DNA of 64,000 nt, taken from contig NW_026782320.1 in assembly GCF_031769215.1 (NCBI RefSeq), forward strand, positions 1-64,000, in the 5' to 3' direction. The notes beneath the pieces were generated by a model, which worked only from the letters and a program-made list of their open reading frames with translations, made no database searches and was not told where the DNA came from. Of this stretch, positions 37,484 through 52,400 are shown piece by piece; position 1 is the first letter of the stretch; the number at the start of each line of letters is the position of its first letter. The DNA comes from Ylistrum balloti (lineage: Eukaryota). The position numbers and the translations under genes are program-made.

Positions 37484-40400
37484 TCACTGATACTGAGCAA
37501 CACATATGGGGCAAATGTAGTCACTCCTCGGAGCATCTTTAAGTCCTACACAAGGCAGATGTGACCATCTCCCACAAACGTTGCATGCAACCCATGTTGC
37601 TCTTTTTGGGGAGGTACAGCCCACCATGTCACATTTGCTCCTTTGAGAAGGAGGCTCTTCAGATGCTGCAAGTAGTTTGCACCACACAAACTCCCTCATG
37701 TTCAGAGAAAGGGAATGTGAGACATCCTTAAGGTCCATATTCTTGGACAGCGCAAGAGCATTCTGTAAAACAAGAAAACTAAACATTACATAAACTATTT
37801 AGATTCATGTCTGTGTTTAATGTTACATATGTTAAAACTTAAGTTCACTGTAAAAGCACTAAATGACATCATTGAACAGTATTAGATTTTTAAATTACAA
37901 CTTCCATGATGGTCAGTTCAATAGTTCTATTATAGTTCAATCCAACCATAAATTTGTAACAAGAGACCCAGAGGACCAGTATCGCTAGGCATAATAACAA
38001 GTTGGCAAACAAGGGATCTAAGTGCTTTTCTTTTCCTTAAACAATGCTTCAAGATGTTCTGGTCACTAGAATAGGTCGTGTAAACAAATTTGACACATCA
38101 ACCTTTAATATGGGTGATAGTTTTTTTATCAACTTTGCTGGGCTTCCTCTATGGAACCTTCCATGTAAATATAACTTTAAATGTTTAAGTTAATCATCAG
38201 AAGTTATTTCAATGATTTAACATATTTCATTCTAATACGGGTCAAGGTCATTTTTCTTACAAACTTCATCCAAGGAACCTTTCAGCCAAATAGCATGTTC
38301 CTGGGCCTTTTGGTTGTTGCAATAATAAGTTGTTTAAATAGAAAACTAGAAAATGTCTGTAAGACATAGATGCCCCCGCCCCCATGTAAATCAATTTTAA
38401 ATTGTACATAAGATAGGGTTTCTTTGGGATCTATTAATACCAACAGTGACCTCGACCTTGGAAACATTGAAATCCTCACTGCCTGAGGTCTCTCAATTAA
38501 TTTTATATTTGTATGAAGTTTGATAATTAAACTAGCTTCTTTGTGTCCAAAAAACCCTATATACCAAATTTTGTATAACTCTGATGATGTTCATGATGTT
38601 TCGAGTTATCTCTCCCTGGTGGGGAATTAGTTTTCTATTTACAAAACAGACATCACTATGCAGTTTGTAATGGCACCAAACCCCTTTATACCAATTTTCC
38701 GCAAAATAGGACATTAATTCAATTTTTGGTGTAAGAGTTATCTCCCCATAGTAGAGGGTTATCTTCCCAAGGTGGACATTTTGTCTTTTTGAAAAACAGA
38801 GGTAACCATTGTCTTCCTTATGCCTTAAAACCCACAAGTACCAAATTATGTAGAAATCAGATGATGTTCATCTTTTTTCAGTTATCTCCCCCTGGTGGCC
38901 ATTTGTAGAATGCCGAGAAACTCAACACTGCATGAGGTCTTTCCATACTTGATGTTTGTATGAAGTTTCATGAAAATTGGTATATACTGTTATATACTGA
39001 TTTGGGAAGCGACGGGACGGGACGGACCGACATGGGCAATGCTATATGCCCCTGGCAATAAATGGCAGGGGCATTAAAATAGTATAACGGCCAGACGGAC
39101 GGTATGGTGCTTGCAATGGCCTAAGCTCACTTGGCCTTTTGGGCTGGATGAGTTAAAAACATAATTTAAAAAATAATCCAGGTTTATGACTAGAGTTTAA
39201 TGCAATTACCGTATCTCATAATTATTTTCTAACAATTATGTCAATATCATAAGGAGTTGCGGTTTTCAGCTCACCTGCACGAAGGGCAAGTGAGCTTATG
39301 CCGTGGTGCAGCGTCCGTCGTCCGGCCGTCCGTCTGGCGTCAACTTTTCTATTCAACCAACTTCTTCTCTATAACTAGAAGGCCCAGGCTTCTGATATTT
39401 CGCTTGTAGCAAGCTGGGATGAAGCCCTACCAAGTTTGTTCAAATGAATGACGTTGACCCACTTTCAAGGTCACAGGGGTCAAATGTGTTAAAATCTTTA
39501 AACAACTTTTTCTCAATAACCAAAAGGCCCAGAGTGCTGATATTGGATCTGTAGCAAGCTGGGATGAAGCCCTACCAAGTTTCTTCAAATGAATGACCTG
39601 GACCCACTTTTAAGGTCACAGGGGTCAAATATGTTAAGATATTTAAACAACTTCTTCTCAATAAACATTATAAGGCCCAAAGTACTGATATTAAGCCTGT
39701 AGCTGGAGTGCAACCAAGTTTGTTGAAATGAATGACCTTGACCCAATTTCAAGGTAACATGAAAGTACAATTTTAACTTTCTGACATGCTTTGGCAGGTG
39801 AGCGATACAGGCCCATTGGGCCTCTTGTTCTGGCTAACAATCCTTACCAGCATCACAAAGGACCCACAAGCATTGCCATCTTTCTGTCTGGAAGACACCA
39901 GATCCCCAGTTTTCCATACTTTATTTCCGAGTTCTCCAGTTTTTTCTGAGCGTATGGTCATGTACCTTCTGTGCAAATGTATAAATTTATTATACTTAGC
40001 TGAGATATCATATAAAAGTTTACTAAACAAATTCAAAATTACTGCATCTGTCAACAAGAGGCCCATGGGCCTTAACGGTCATCTGACTACAAAGACCTAC
40101 ATATGATTTTTTCTTTTCCATTTTAAGAAGTTGTCTAAGATTCTTACAAACTAAAGCACAGCAACATTGAAACAGGAAAGAGGATATTTATTTCAACAAA
40201 ATTGGTAGCCCTTCACATATTTGACCCTGTGACCTTGAAAGTGGGTCTAGGTCATTCATTTGAACAAACTTGGTAGCCCTTCATCCCAGCATGCTACAGG
40301 CCCAATATCAGCACTCTGGGACTTTTGGTTATTGAGAAGAAGTTGTTTAAAGATTTTAACATATTTCACCCCTGTGACCTTGAAAGTGGGTCAAGGTCAT

Positions 40401-43400
40401 TAATTTGAACAAACTTGGTAGGGCTCCATGCCAGCATGCTATGGGCCAAATATCAACACTCTGGGCCTTTTGGTTATTGAGAAGAAGTCGTTTGAATGAA
40501 AAGTTTACGGACGGCTGACGGCGGACGGCGGACGACGACGGACGAAGCATGATGACTATAGGTCATCATGACCCTTCGGGTCAGATGACCTAAAAAGCTT
40601 ATCTAACGTGGTGCTCGAATATTATAATGCTTACTTCCAGTTCTCAATAAGTGCCTGATTGTTGCCACCCATGGAGTCGAGCACAGACACAGCTGCTTGA
40701 GGTACATTGGCTGCAAGGAGGACCCAGTGATTCCCACTCACGTTTGCTGGCAGGAATATCCATTTGTACATTGCAAACTTAACCTGAATTAATCAATTAA
40801 TTTATCAAAACTTATCCATCCATAGCCTCTTTGCTTTGGCTCATAGATATAATAATGTTTTGAACATGTACAAAAAACTTCTGTTAGGATATACTTAAAC
40901 AAATAGCCGTACAATATCAAAAACACATACAGTGTATGCTAAACAAAAAAATAATTACATCTGCCTTTTCTGTACAGGTTCAAACACATTTTCAAAGAGA
41001 GAAACCTGGACATTAGGTAATCAAAGAAATATCTACGGATCCATCACTTGGTAAAGAGTACATGTAACTGTCAAAATTAATTATGACAATATTACAAAAC
41101 AAAGAAGTAGAATTACAAATCATTACTGATATAATTTACACTAAGTAACAACTTGTTTAAATGATTCTCAAATGAAATTATTGGGCCATTTATACTTACA
41201 TCAGAATAGAGCCAATGGTCTATTTTGCCTTGGCCCCATAACACTGCCATGTAGGACGGCATGGCAAAAACATGGTCAATGTTCTTTAGATTCTGTTCCC
41301 TCTGAAGAACTGCCAAATATGCATTGATAACCTAACAACAAAAATAATTGAAGCATCTAAATTGTGTAATTTGAACATAATATCTAATCAATTTGACTTT
41401 TAAAAATTATTTTTAGGCTTGCAGGTATGACTATTTCATTACTGAACAATATTTGGCAATCTGGCAATACTATTTGAATTATGCTTTATCATAATTATCT
41501 TGTTATTACGAATTAACTTTGGGTACCAATGATATTGAATTAAATTGACTTCAATTTCTGACACAGAAACTTCCATTTTGTACATTTTCCAGAGTCATTG
41601 ATCACATAGGATATAAATGATCTAATTTCCATTTGATATTGATTATGAAATTGGTCACAAGTATCCATGTTACCCTGTCAGAGGCTCCCTAAACTGAAAA
41701 TTCTCAGACTACGATTGTTTGAATATAATGTCCTGCCTTTTACCTTATCATTAAGCCACTTGGGATTTTTCAGGGTAAGGAAATCCTTCATGCCCAACAC
41801 TTCTCCACAGACATGGTATCTGCAGTTTTTCTTAAGAGGAGCTGATGTTGACTGCATGATCTCCACGTTGATAAGGTCCTCCAGTGACTTGTCTTAATAC
41901 AATATAAAACTTTTATTTAGCTGAACTGTATCTACTGGGGTATTATACCCAAGTACTTTATATAGATAAAATATTGTACTTGTAGGCATGAAAATGATAT
42001 TTCATTTTATATTTTAAAACTTACTAGCAGATTCGTGATCAATTTATGAAAGTAATAGATTTACAAAGAAACACATTATGATTGAAATAAATTACTTTTA
42101 ACAACCCAAAGGATGTGCTGAAGATTTCAATTTCATTTATATCTGTTGCACATGCTATTTCCACTTTTGATCAGAGAGGACAGCATCTTACCTTTGTGAT
42201 CAACAGTTGAAGGGAGATTAAACCTGACCCTTTTTCCTTTCTTCAGCTTTAGTTCTTCATTTCATGAAAAGTTAAAAAAAAAGTTTGCAAAGTCGTATTC
42301 AAAGTTTATGTATGATATACATGGCATGAATATTGCTATCTCCATTTCTTGTTTTAAACTAAATTAATTTCTAATTGTAAACACTGCTGTAATCGATATT
42401 TCAAAAGTACTCACTTGTACTCCTCTGCTCCAGCAAAACTGATGGCAGAGAATCTGACACAGAAGGCACTGGTTCTGAGAAAAATATATTTTCAATATTA
42501 TGCAAATATTTATTTCTAAAATGTATTTCAATTTGATAATTTTTATTTTAAGTATAAACAAGAGTACCGAGTACGGTACATGATACGCCCACCTGATCTT
42601 TCGAGTCAACATTCACAAAACAAGAATTTGGCAGATGGAGTCATTGACGAGATAAATGTAAATTATTACATGTGAACTGTCTAGGAATTTACAAGTACAA
42701 AAGGCAAGCAGTAGCGATATTATAAGCATGCAGCAAGCAGTATAGTAGTATGTGCATGTACTTGTAGTGATGTAAGGGGAATTTCGCATGTAACAGTAGC
42801 ACTATACAGCTATATTTGTATTCCTTATGCATGGAGATTGAAAGTGCAAGAAATCATAATAATTAGTTGCGGTATATAAATAAATATTGCACAAAACCAT
42901 TATACAATGTATAGTTGAATTTGTGATCCTTTAAAACCGCTACATGCCAATTTTCATCAACATTAGACAATATCTAAATTTCACGCAATCAGAAGCCACC
43001 ACTATCGAAATTTCAACCAATCAGAAGCCTTCATTATGGTCCGTTGAATACAAAACCAATATGGATGAATAGGTGATCCCTTAAAACTCCATACCAATAG
43101 GAATACTTGTTTGACAATGATATCTTAAAGTAATGGCCATTTGACTAATGTATTACTGTATTTAAAGAAGTTCTTTAAGATCAAGGGCCATAACTCCGCA
43201 TCTACTGATCAGATGAACTTTAAAATCAACTCGGCTCGAGACCTTTATCCTTTATATATTATTGGGAAGTTTCATTAATATCCCTTCAGTGGTTCTGGAG
43301 AAAAACTGCGGACAAGATGAATGTTACTGTATTTAAAGGATAAAGGGCCGTAACTCCGCAACTACTGATCAGATGAGTTTTAAAATCGACTCGGCTCTAG

Positions 43401-46400
43401 ACCTTTATCCTTTATATATTATTGGGAAGTTTCATTATTATCCCTTCAGTGGTTCTGGAGAAAAACTGCAGACAAGATAAATGTTGACGGACGAACCGAC
43501 GGACGTCCCGACGGACGGACGGACGGAGTGATGCCAATATACCCCCACCTTTCAGGTGGGCGTATAAAAAGAAATTGTTACTGAAATACCAAGGAATATT
43601 AGCTTATAATATATCAAAATCTTTAAAAATGATTTCTGTTGTAGAAAAATTAACAATATTTATTATAATTAAAAGTATTTGATCCAAAAAATGGAGGTTC
43701 AGGAATTTGTGAAGCAAAATTCAAGCTCTAAATGAAAATTAACTGTCAATTACACATTGCCCTGATAATTTCAGTAAGTACATTTTTGTAGTCATTTCTG
43801 TCATTTTTCATCTTTGTTTTCTTTGCTTGTACATAAAAGGTGAAAAAATACAAAATGAGCAAAATATTGTATCATTCTTAATAACAATGCCCTTTTTAAT
43901 ATTATCATACTAAAAACACCTGATTGTAATTTATCAATGGCTTTCAGTGCTTCTATCATTTCTCGAAATGCGGCAGCTGCTTCCTCAGTTTCTTTTTTTA
44001 GGTCCCTCTTTAGGTCAAATCTGCCTTGCTTGACTAAAAAAAATGGAAAAATAAAACAAGTATTTTTCCTGAATTACATAGATGAAGAAATGTATAGAAC
44101 AACCTTGATTACTTGATTTCTTTCCTTCTGTGTTAAGAGCTGGACAGTTATCCAAACCTTCCACCCTTACAAATATTATTCTCAAAAGTTGAAATCAGTC
44201 ATTTAACTTATATTACCATTGGTTAACTATACTTATTGGTTACATCAATTTTATACCTACCCAATAAACACAGCAGGAGGTAAGACAACTGTAATTTGCT
44301 ATTCATGTTTAACTCTGTTGGAGCCAGGTCTGATATATCCTGAATGAGGCTGTGTTGCTCTTCTTCATCACAGCACTCATCCAACACAGCATGGGCTGTC
44401 CTGCTAGTGTTGTCAAAGGAAAAGCTAGATGTCTCCTTTGCTTTCTGGACCAATTCCATCCAGTCTTCCTTTGACATCTTCTTTGTCATAGCTGTTTGTA
44501 ATCAGGTTATATGGATTTTGTTACCATGATGAAAAAATACATAAAAGTTTTAGTAAAATCAGAGAAGATAGGTAAAAGGGATATAAGTTTTATCTTACTT
44601 CTTAACTTTAAAGTGTTCACTACTATACATATACACACTGTGTGTAAATTATGTAACATAACACTTATGTTTAAACAGTCCTAATTGATTTATACATCAT
44701 TAAGCAGTTTCAACCATTAAGACTTAACAGTGGTTACAATATCATACATTCTTAACTTTGGATTCAGGAGCACAGCTTTACTTCTTTATTTATTTCCTGA
44801 TGATGATTCTTCACTTTAAAACAAATTTAGGGATTTTGCTTTCATTCATTATAAATATTTCTGCATGATTTCCAAGAAACTACTGGTAATTTTAAAACAT
44901 TCATACTCCCTCATATTGCATAAAACATAAATTAGTCTTGATAAAGAAGGAAATATAATAACTGAACAGATAAACAACACATGAAGAACAGTACACAGTT
45001 GGAATGCAATACCTACCTGTTTCAAGGTGTTATCAACAAGGTGAGGGGGGAAAATGTACAATAAATGACATGATTTGGCAAATCACAGTGCCCCCCGCCG
45101 GATAGGGCTGAACTAAATGTTTAGATGAAGGTGAAAATGTAGATCACAGTGACCTGCATTGGGTACAATGATGTATGTGACACACTACTTCATAAATATT
45201 AACCCATACAGATAGAAAAGTGGAAAGATGGATGGACATTGCTTATAGCAATTCCAATCCTCTACACCTGTTCCTGCTAAAAAGGTTACAGTTGGTTTGG
45301 TACTCTTACTAACCTTGAATTCTTTCCAAAACTTCAAACCTGGAAGTGGAGTACTTGGGAGATTCTACAAAACAACATAAAAATATTCCTTTTAATTGAA
45401 ACCACACGATACAAATTCAGTGGATACCAATGTAGGTGTACCCTGTGTTAATCAATTTCAGAAATAAATGTATTTATTTTGGAGCACTCAATTTTTTGTG
45501 CATTGACAAAATGCAACCGATAACCTCAAATATAAAGTACTGCTTTAGAAGGACACTGAAATAGGGATTAGTGCAATCGATCTTAGCCCTATGCTATTTG
45601 AGCGAAATGCACTAAAACAAATTCACTGAGAGAAAAATTTCATGTATTGTAAATGCCATAAATGTATAAAAATATGTTTGGTATTTAACAAATATAATGT
45701 TCTGTATACGACATGGGCTAAGTGTATGTCATGTTTATAACAATATTACCATTGCCAGTTTCCTGTTTTAGTAATTGTGTAAAACAACCACTACTATACA
45801 AGAAAGTTTGCAATAACGGTCATCTTTTTCTTCATCATAGATTGAAGTGAGCTAGAATCTGAACTCATGCAAAAGCATTTACGGTATTTGTAAGCACACA
45901 CAAAGAATGATATGATCAGTCTAGAGACCTCACTTGAGAACAATTACGGAACAAATTGTATCAACAATCGAGCCTCTATTGACAGCATGCAATAACCATA
46001 CATACTTGAAGTACTTTTTTGTACATTTTCTGAAGATCCTCTTACATCACTGATAAATGTCTTTCCTTAAAAAAAATGAAAGAACAGTTTGTATCTGGTT
46101 CTTTTCACAGGTCAAAAATTTGATTTTAAGGAATTGAAACTTGAACATCTGGATTCAAGAATATATATATATACATGTATAATGTACTTCATACATACAC
46201 TTTTATTTCATGGATTGTTTTTGTTTTTGTTTGTTTTTTTGCAACCATATGCTGATTTACCACAGAATCATCTCAATATCATCCTCTCAAAGACAAGCCT
46301 ACTGAAGCATTACATGTCCCAAACCTACCTAGAAAGCTTGGTGGTGTCTGGTATATATGTTTTAAAAAAATATCTAGGAGAAATTCTAAAAATAGTAACA

Positions 46401-49400
46401 ATGGCCTTGACATAGACCTAACATTTTTGAAACTTGTCTGAGATATAGTGGTCTTCAGTTATAGTGTAATGTTTTATAAAAACCCCAAAGGAATAAAGCT
46501 ATTAAGAGTGTGCATGCCGACAAAGATTTCTGAACATAGTAATGGTGACCTTTACATGACATTCCTCCAACTTCAACTTGTCCGAGATATAACAGTCCTT
46601 TAATGTTGAGGGAATTTTCATCAAAATCACAACTTGAAGAATGAGGCCGCTTATTCTCTAAAAATTGTAATGGTGACCTTGACCTTGGCCCAACATCCCT
46701 GCAACTCGACCTTGTGCAAGATGTTATGCTAATTCCTAGTTATTGTATCGAGGTTTTATCAGTTCCCATTTGGTATGAAGCCACTATAGATATAGTACCA
46801 ACAAAGATTTTCTAAAAAAATACAAATAGTAATATGGTGACTTTGATCTTGACTTGACAGTCCTGAAGCTCAGACTCCCCCAAGATACTTTAATCCTTTG
46901 CAAGTACCAGATATTAGATTAAAATATATGTAAGCAGACAACAATTTGTGACGAGAGATTATATACATACTGGTCTTTTTCCTTTTGTGTTTTTTTTCCA
47001 AAGGCTTAGCTTCATCTTTGATGGATTCCTTTACTGAATGAAACAGAGCACCAGAATCTGCAATATAAGCTGATGTTCAAATGTTGTAATATACTAAAAA
47101 CTATTTTATAACTAAATTGATAAGTTAATAAATAAATAATATTCATGACTCATTACCATTTCTCTTAATTAAAATTATCTTTGATGCCTTCTGTGACATC
47201 AGAATAATTCAACAATATATAAATACACTAAAAATTTACTTCGATTTATTTAAATTGTTTTAAAATGGTTACAGTTAATTTAACGACTTAATGTCTGTTA
47301 CATCATCATGATTAGTACTGAACTGGCATTAGGAAATTAAAACACTGAGAATCAACCAAGAACTTTAACCTTATTCAATCAGCTTAAATAAATACATCAT
47401 CTAAATGAGTTCTACTTAAACACCTTTTTGTAAAAGAGAGCATATGTAAGTAACTTCCATTTTTCATATTTGAGATCTTTGTCATTCTCAAGAAAGTTTG
47501 GAGTGTTGTGTTGACACTAACTAGACACTGAATGATAAATTTCAGTCACTTAATCTACATAAAGTTGTCTCATTGAGGATTTTCTAAAATGTCAATAACT
47601 CACCATCATATACTGTCTGATATTTGTCTGAAAATGGACAAAATAAAAAATCAACCAACAACTAATACCTGCTGGCTAAGTACCAGATTTCATTCCTGCT
47701 GTTAAACTGTCTAAATACTGTTATATTATCACTGAAATCTAAATTTCAAAGACTGTCAAGTAACAAAACAAATCACCCTATTGCTCAATGAATTCAACCT
47801 GGCCTGTAAAACACCAACCTATGTAATACATGCCAAATAGTGACTTTTATGGAATTTTAATATGATTGATCTGAATTGCAACAAGAGACCCAAAGGTGTT
47901 AATGGTCATTTGGAAACATTGACACTGTACATTTTTTTTTAGAAACTGTCTAATTGAAACAAGAAGGCCAATCGGCCTAAAGATTTTGCAGGTTAAGTCC
48001 TGTTGTGGAACTTTACAACCAACTTCAAACTGCACTATGACATGAAATACTCCATGGATGATTATCATCCCAGCATGCATCATGCCAGATTTCATCATTT
48101 TTCATCCTGGTGAATTTGAAGTAGTTCAAGGTCATTCATATGAAAAAATTTAACTTCGTTTAATATATAGCCCTTCGTCCAGAAATACAGGCCTAATATT
48201 AATACTCTAACCTTTCAGTTCTTGAGAAGAAGTTGTTTGAAGGGGAAAAGATTCTGTTTGGTGCATAAAGAATGGCACACAATGACAGCTGATGCATATC
48301 ATCTTAAACTTTATGGTTAGATGACCTAAAAAGAAATTTATTTAGACTACTAGTCTCAGTTATGGTAACAAATCATCAGTGCATATCTTCTTGCAAATGA
48401 AAGTACAGGTATTGCCTGAAATCAGTGTTCATTATACTAACGTTTGGTAGTACGTCTTCTCTTGGCCCTAGTTGGTAACTGTTTCAAAGACTCTTTGTTG
48501 TTGGGAAATTTTCTCTTTTTAGTAAAGATCTTGGCTGGTGCAGGCTGCTCCAAAAGCAAAGTTCCACTAGCTGGACATTTCTGTCTCAGTTGATCAGCTA
48601 TTGCTGACAGCTGCTCCCTCACTTCCTCCATCACCTCCATAGAATCTGCGATGTAGGAAAGGTTACGGATATACTGCAGCAGCTCCCTGACCCGCTTGGC
48701 AGACTCCCCTAGTGAAGGCCCATGAGGATGCTTCTGGTCTTTGACTTCTATGTCCTCTCTAGCCTGGCATGGAGCTGGTGTGGTATTTCCTTGGGATTCC
48801 TGAGGGGTATCTTGGAACTCTGTCAGGTTTACACAATCCTCATCAATGATGAAATGAGGGTTGTTTATGTAGAATTCTGGCAAGGAGTTCCAAGTAATAT
48901 CACCTGCAAAATGGCACATCAAAGCACAGAAATGTTTGCAAGGAAGATGTGTTTTCATAAATTCCCTGCACTCACAAGATGGCATAATGGATTCTCCACC
49001 CAAACTGACTCTGTAGACACGTGACTGATGGCTAGCTGACTGCACTAGAAACTCTGTATCTGTCACCGAGGTGATCATGCTGGCAGTGATGTCTGCACAC
49101 TTTTGTGTGGCATCCCTGATGTGCTGTACAAAGTACCTGGGTCGGTGGTGGAGCTCTTTTGGAATGGAGACAGATGGCTCCCTCCAACCAGCTGACATGG
49201 TAACATTGCTCTGAAGATATCTGGAAAAGGTAAAATATTTACAGGTAAATTAATTGAAACCGTAGCAATGGTAGGAGCTAAGATTGCGGAATGTAAAATG
49301 CATGCTGGTATTGATGATATTGAGAGAAAAGTTTATCCTAATTATATCCTAATTCTTTTATGTGTAATATACACTGCAAAATGTTCAATATTATATCATA

Positions 49401-52400
49401 AAATAAACAGGAGTGACATGTCTATGAAATTCTATACCATATGTCATTAATCTCACTTGTCTTTGGTGTGGAGCATCATTAGGTTAACAGACTTACCATG
49501 TCAGCGCATCGTATTTACATACTTGTCTGAGTAATTCAACCAAAACGTCATTACCCGCCGGTAATTTGGCTTAAGAAATAGTAAGCAGAATATGCTTGTA
49601 CTTCAATGAATCATTTCATTAATTGCTTTTGTTACCTTATTTTATTAAGCAATAGGTATTATTGGTTAATCTCTAGTTAAAAAATCCTACAAGTTTACAA
49701 ACAGAATGATTGGCAGTAACAGTTAAATAACAAGGCAAGCACACTGTAACAAACAATCTTCAATTCATGTAACAGCAGTAATAACATCAAATAGGACATT
49801 TCTGATTATTAGTGCATAACACATGATTTTGGTCATATTTGACATTGGATGGTGGATTAATACATATACAACACCAAACACAAATAACAAGTAAATTCTC
49901 AATCTGCAGGTTTCCTTTAGGGGGTTCATTTTAAGAGTTATATTCAACACTGATTTTTTTTATATTCACTTGCTTTCCTTCCTTTGGATTATTATAACAA
50001 AAACCCATAACCATTTCAGCTTAAAAAGAATTACTAGTCTGAGAGAAACTGTACTTAAAGTGTTGAATGGAAGTAAAAAGAGTGATATTATACAGATGTT
50101 TGGTGAGTTGATGGGGTAGATAAATGGTGATCAGAAATACTGTTAAAATGAATTATTCAGTAGAGTGCCGCATATTCAAACTATACGAGATGCATGTCAG
50201 TGGATTTTGGTTTGGTTCTTTGGCAATACACATACACTCACAACCATGCCGTATGTTTAAGGGATGAATGAGGTTCACAGCTTTGACACCTAAGAAATTG
50301 GGATATGCAGCACTCTATTGCAGAACTGAAATATAAAGTGATGAGTGAGGAAATGGGAAAATGTGAATAGAGATGAATCACACCAGACACCAAGCAAAGC
50401 TGACACCAAGGCACACAGTTTTTACAAAATACTAGTATTACTTACCAAAACATTGAAAAATACTGAAATTTCAAACATTTATATCGGTATGTGAAGAAAG
50501 CATTAAATATTCCTTATTATATTATACTAATTCAAAAACTAATTAAGCAGATAGCAAAGTGACTTCATTCAAAAGAGCTACACAAATCAAACAGTACTTG
50601 TTTTTTTTTTAATCTGCTTATCATGTTTTCATTTATTTTTTTTCTCGCTCCAAGAATCCCTGAAAAGCTTTGAATTAAATGTAAAATATATGCCATGTTT
50701 TATTTATGAAGAGACATACATGCAGTGCTGCCAACCTAGAGTCATGTAGTATCTAATTATTGCCCTTCAGGGGTGACAAGGTATTTTAAAGGGTTTACTG
50801 CATAGTTATCACATTTGTATGCATTTGTATAATGTTCCATGTTATGTTTGAACACTGTTATTACAAAAGCTTAAGTCCAAAAAATTATCTTAATTCTTTC
50901 AAATTCTTTCTGAAAGTCTGAAAATATGGGTAATTATTTTTTTAACAAGTTACACAGGTCAACACTATGGCCAGTATCTGGTTGACAACACATATCAAAA
51001 CCACATCGTGTCGTGTCGAATTGAATCAGAGCCCGAATTGAATCATAACACACAAAACTGGTCTCGTTCAATGGCCGCCTGTTTTAATAATAATGCCCGG
51101 ATGTTTCACAAGAACGATAACTCCACACATAAGACAATCAGAGTTATTTCCCATTACTCTACATCTAAACACTACATCTTCTCCCCTCTTAAGACTGTCA
51201 CTATTACAATGAATATTATTGCCTTTCAAAAATCTTCAAAGTTCTATTTGATATGATCAGACAACTTGTATCAATTTAAATTTAAACTCAAAATTTCCAA
51301 ATTAACACAGTTCATGGAGAATACTAAATTTTCACTGTATTCAAGTCCATGTAACACACTAACTGTTAAAATTTAAAACTCAGTTCCTGTAAAACATTCC
51401 TTACTTAGGACTTGAAAATTAAACTACACTTGAATCACAATGTCACTGTAATCCAACTATGCAAAACTTCACTTTCACACAAAGTTATGTCATTTCAAAA
51501 TCATCAAACCGCTTAGGCTTAGTTTTCTCGCGCACTGGTCTTGATCGCGGGATCTCCACCTGATGTGACAAGTTTGATTCCATTCCATCATTAGTAGACC
51601 TATGCATGACATCGTCATCGGCTTTGTCCTGCTTCGATACATTGTTGTCAGACATGGTCAAACTTTCACTTTCAGAAGTAGCAGTTGTAGATTTGCTCTC
51701 TACCAGAGACTCTGGACTCTGAACGTACTTTTTTACATGTGTACTGTTACGCTTATACTCAACTCCCTCAGGAGAAACAAGAGTACACTGATTTCCAACT
51801 TTCCTTTGGAGTTTAAACGGAGTTGGGTTGAATGGAGAACTTAGCTTATTGTTCCTCGACTGTTTAACTAACACCTGATCTCCTTCAACTAGATCTGATT
51901 CTTTTGCACCACGTTTTTCATCAATGTAAAGTTTGTTTTTGACTTTTGCAAACCAGTCTCTATCACGAACTCCTTCTTCGATGGTTTCATTCCGATGAAC
52001 ATCAAGTTGAGGTACTTTATTCCTCAATTTACACCCAAACATTAACTCTGCTGGAGAAACACCTGTTACAGCATGGGGCGTGCCCCTGTATGCCAAAAGA
52101 TAAGTTCTCAAATCTTTCTTCCAGTCACGTGATTCAGCATGAGCAATACGTATTCGTTTCATGATAGATCTGTTCTGTCGTTCCACCTCTCCATTTGCTG
52201 CTGGGTGGAGCGGAGTAACACGTCTGTGATGAATTCCATTATCACATAGAAATTCCTCGAACAAGGCCGACACAAACTGAGGACCGTTATCTGATGTAAT
52301 CGATACCGGAAGTCCATAACGTGCAAACATGTTCTCAAGTGCATCAATCATCCTTTCACTAGATATATCCTTTGTAATGTCCACTTCATAATATCTGCTG

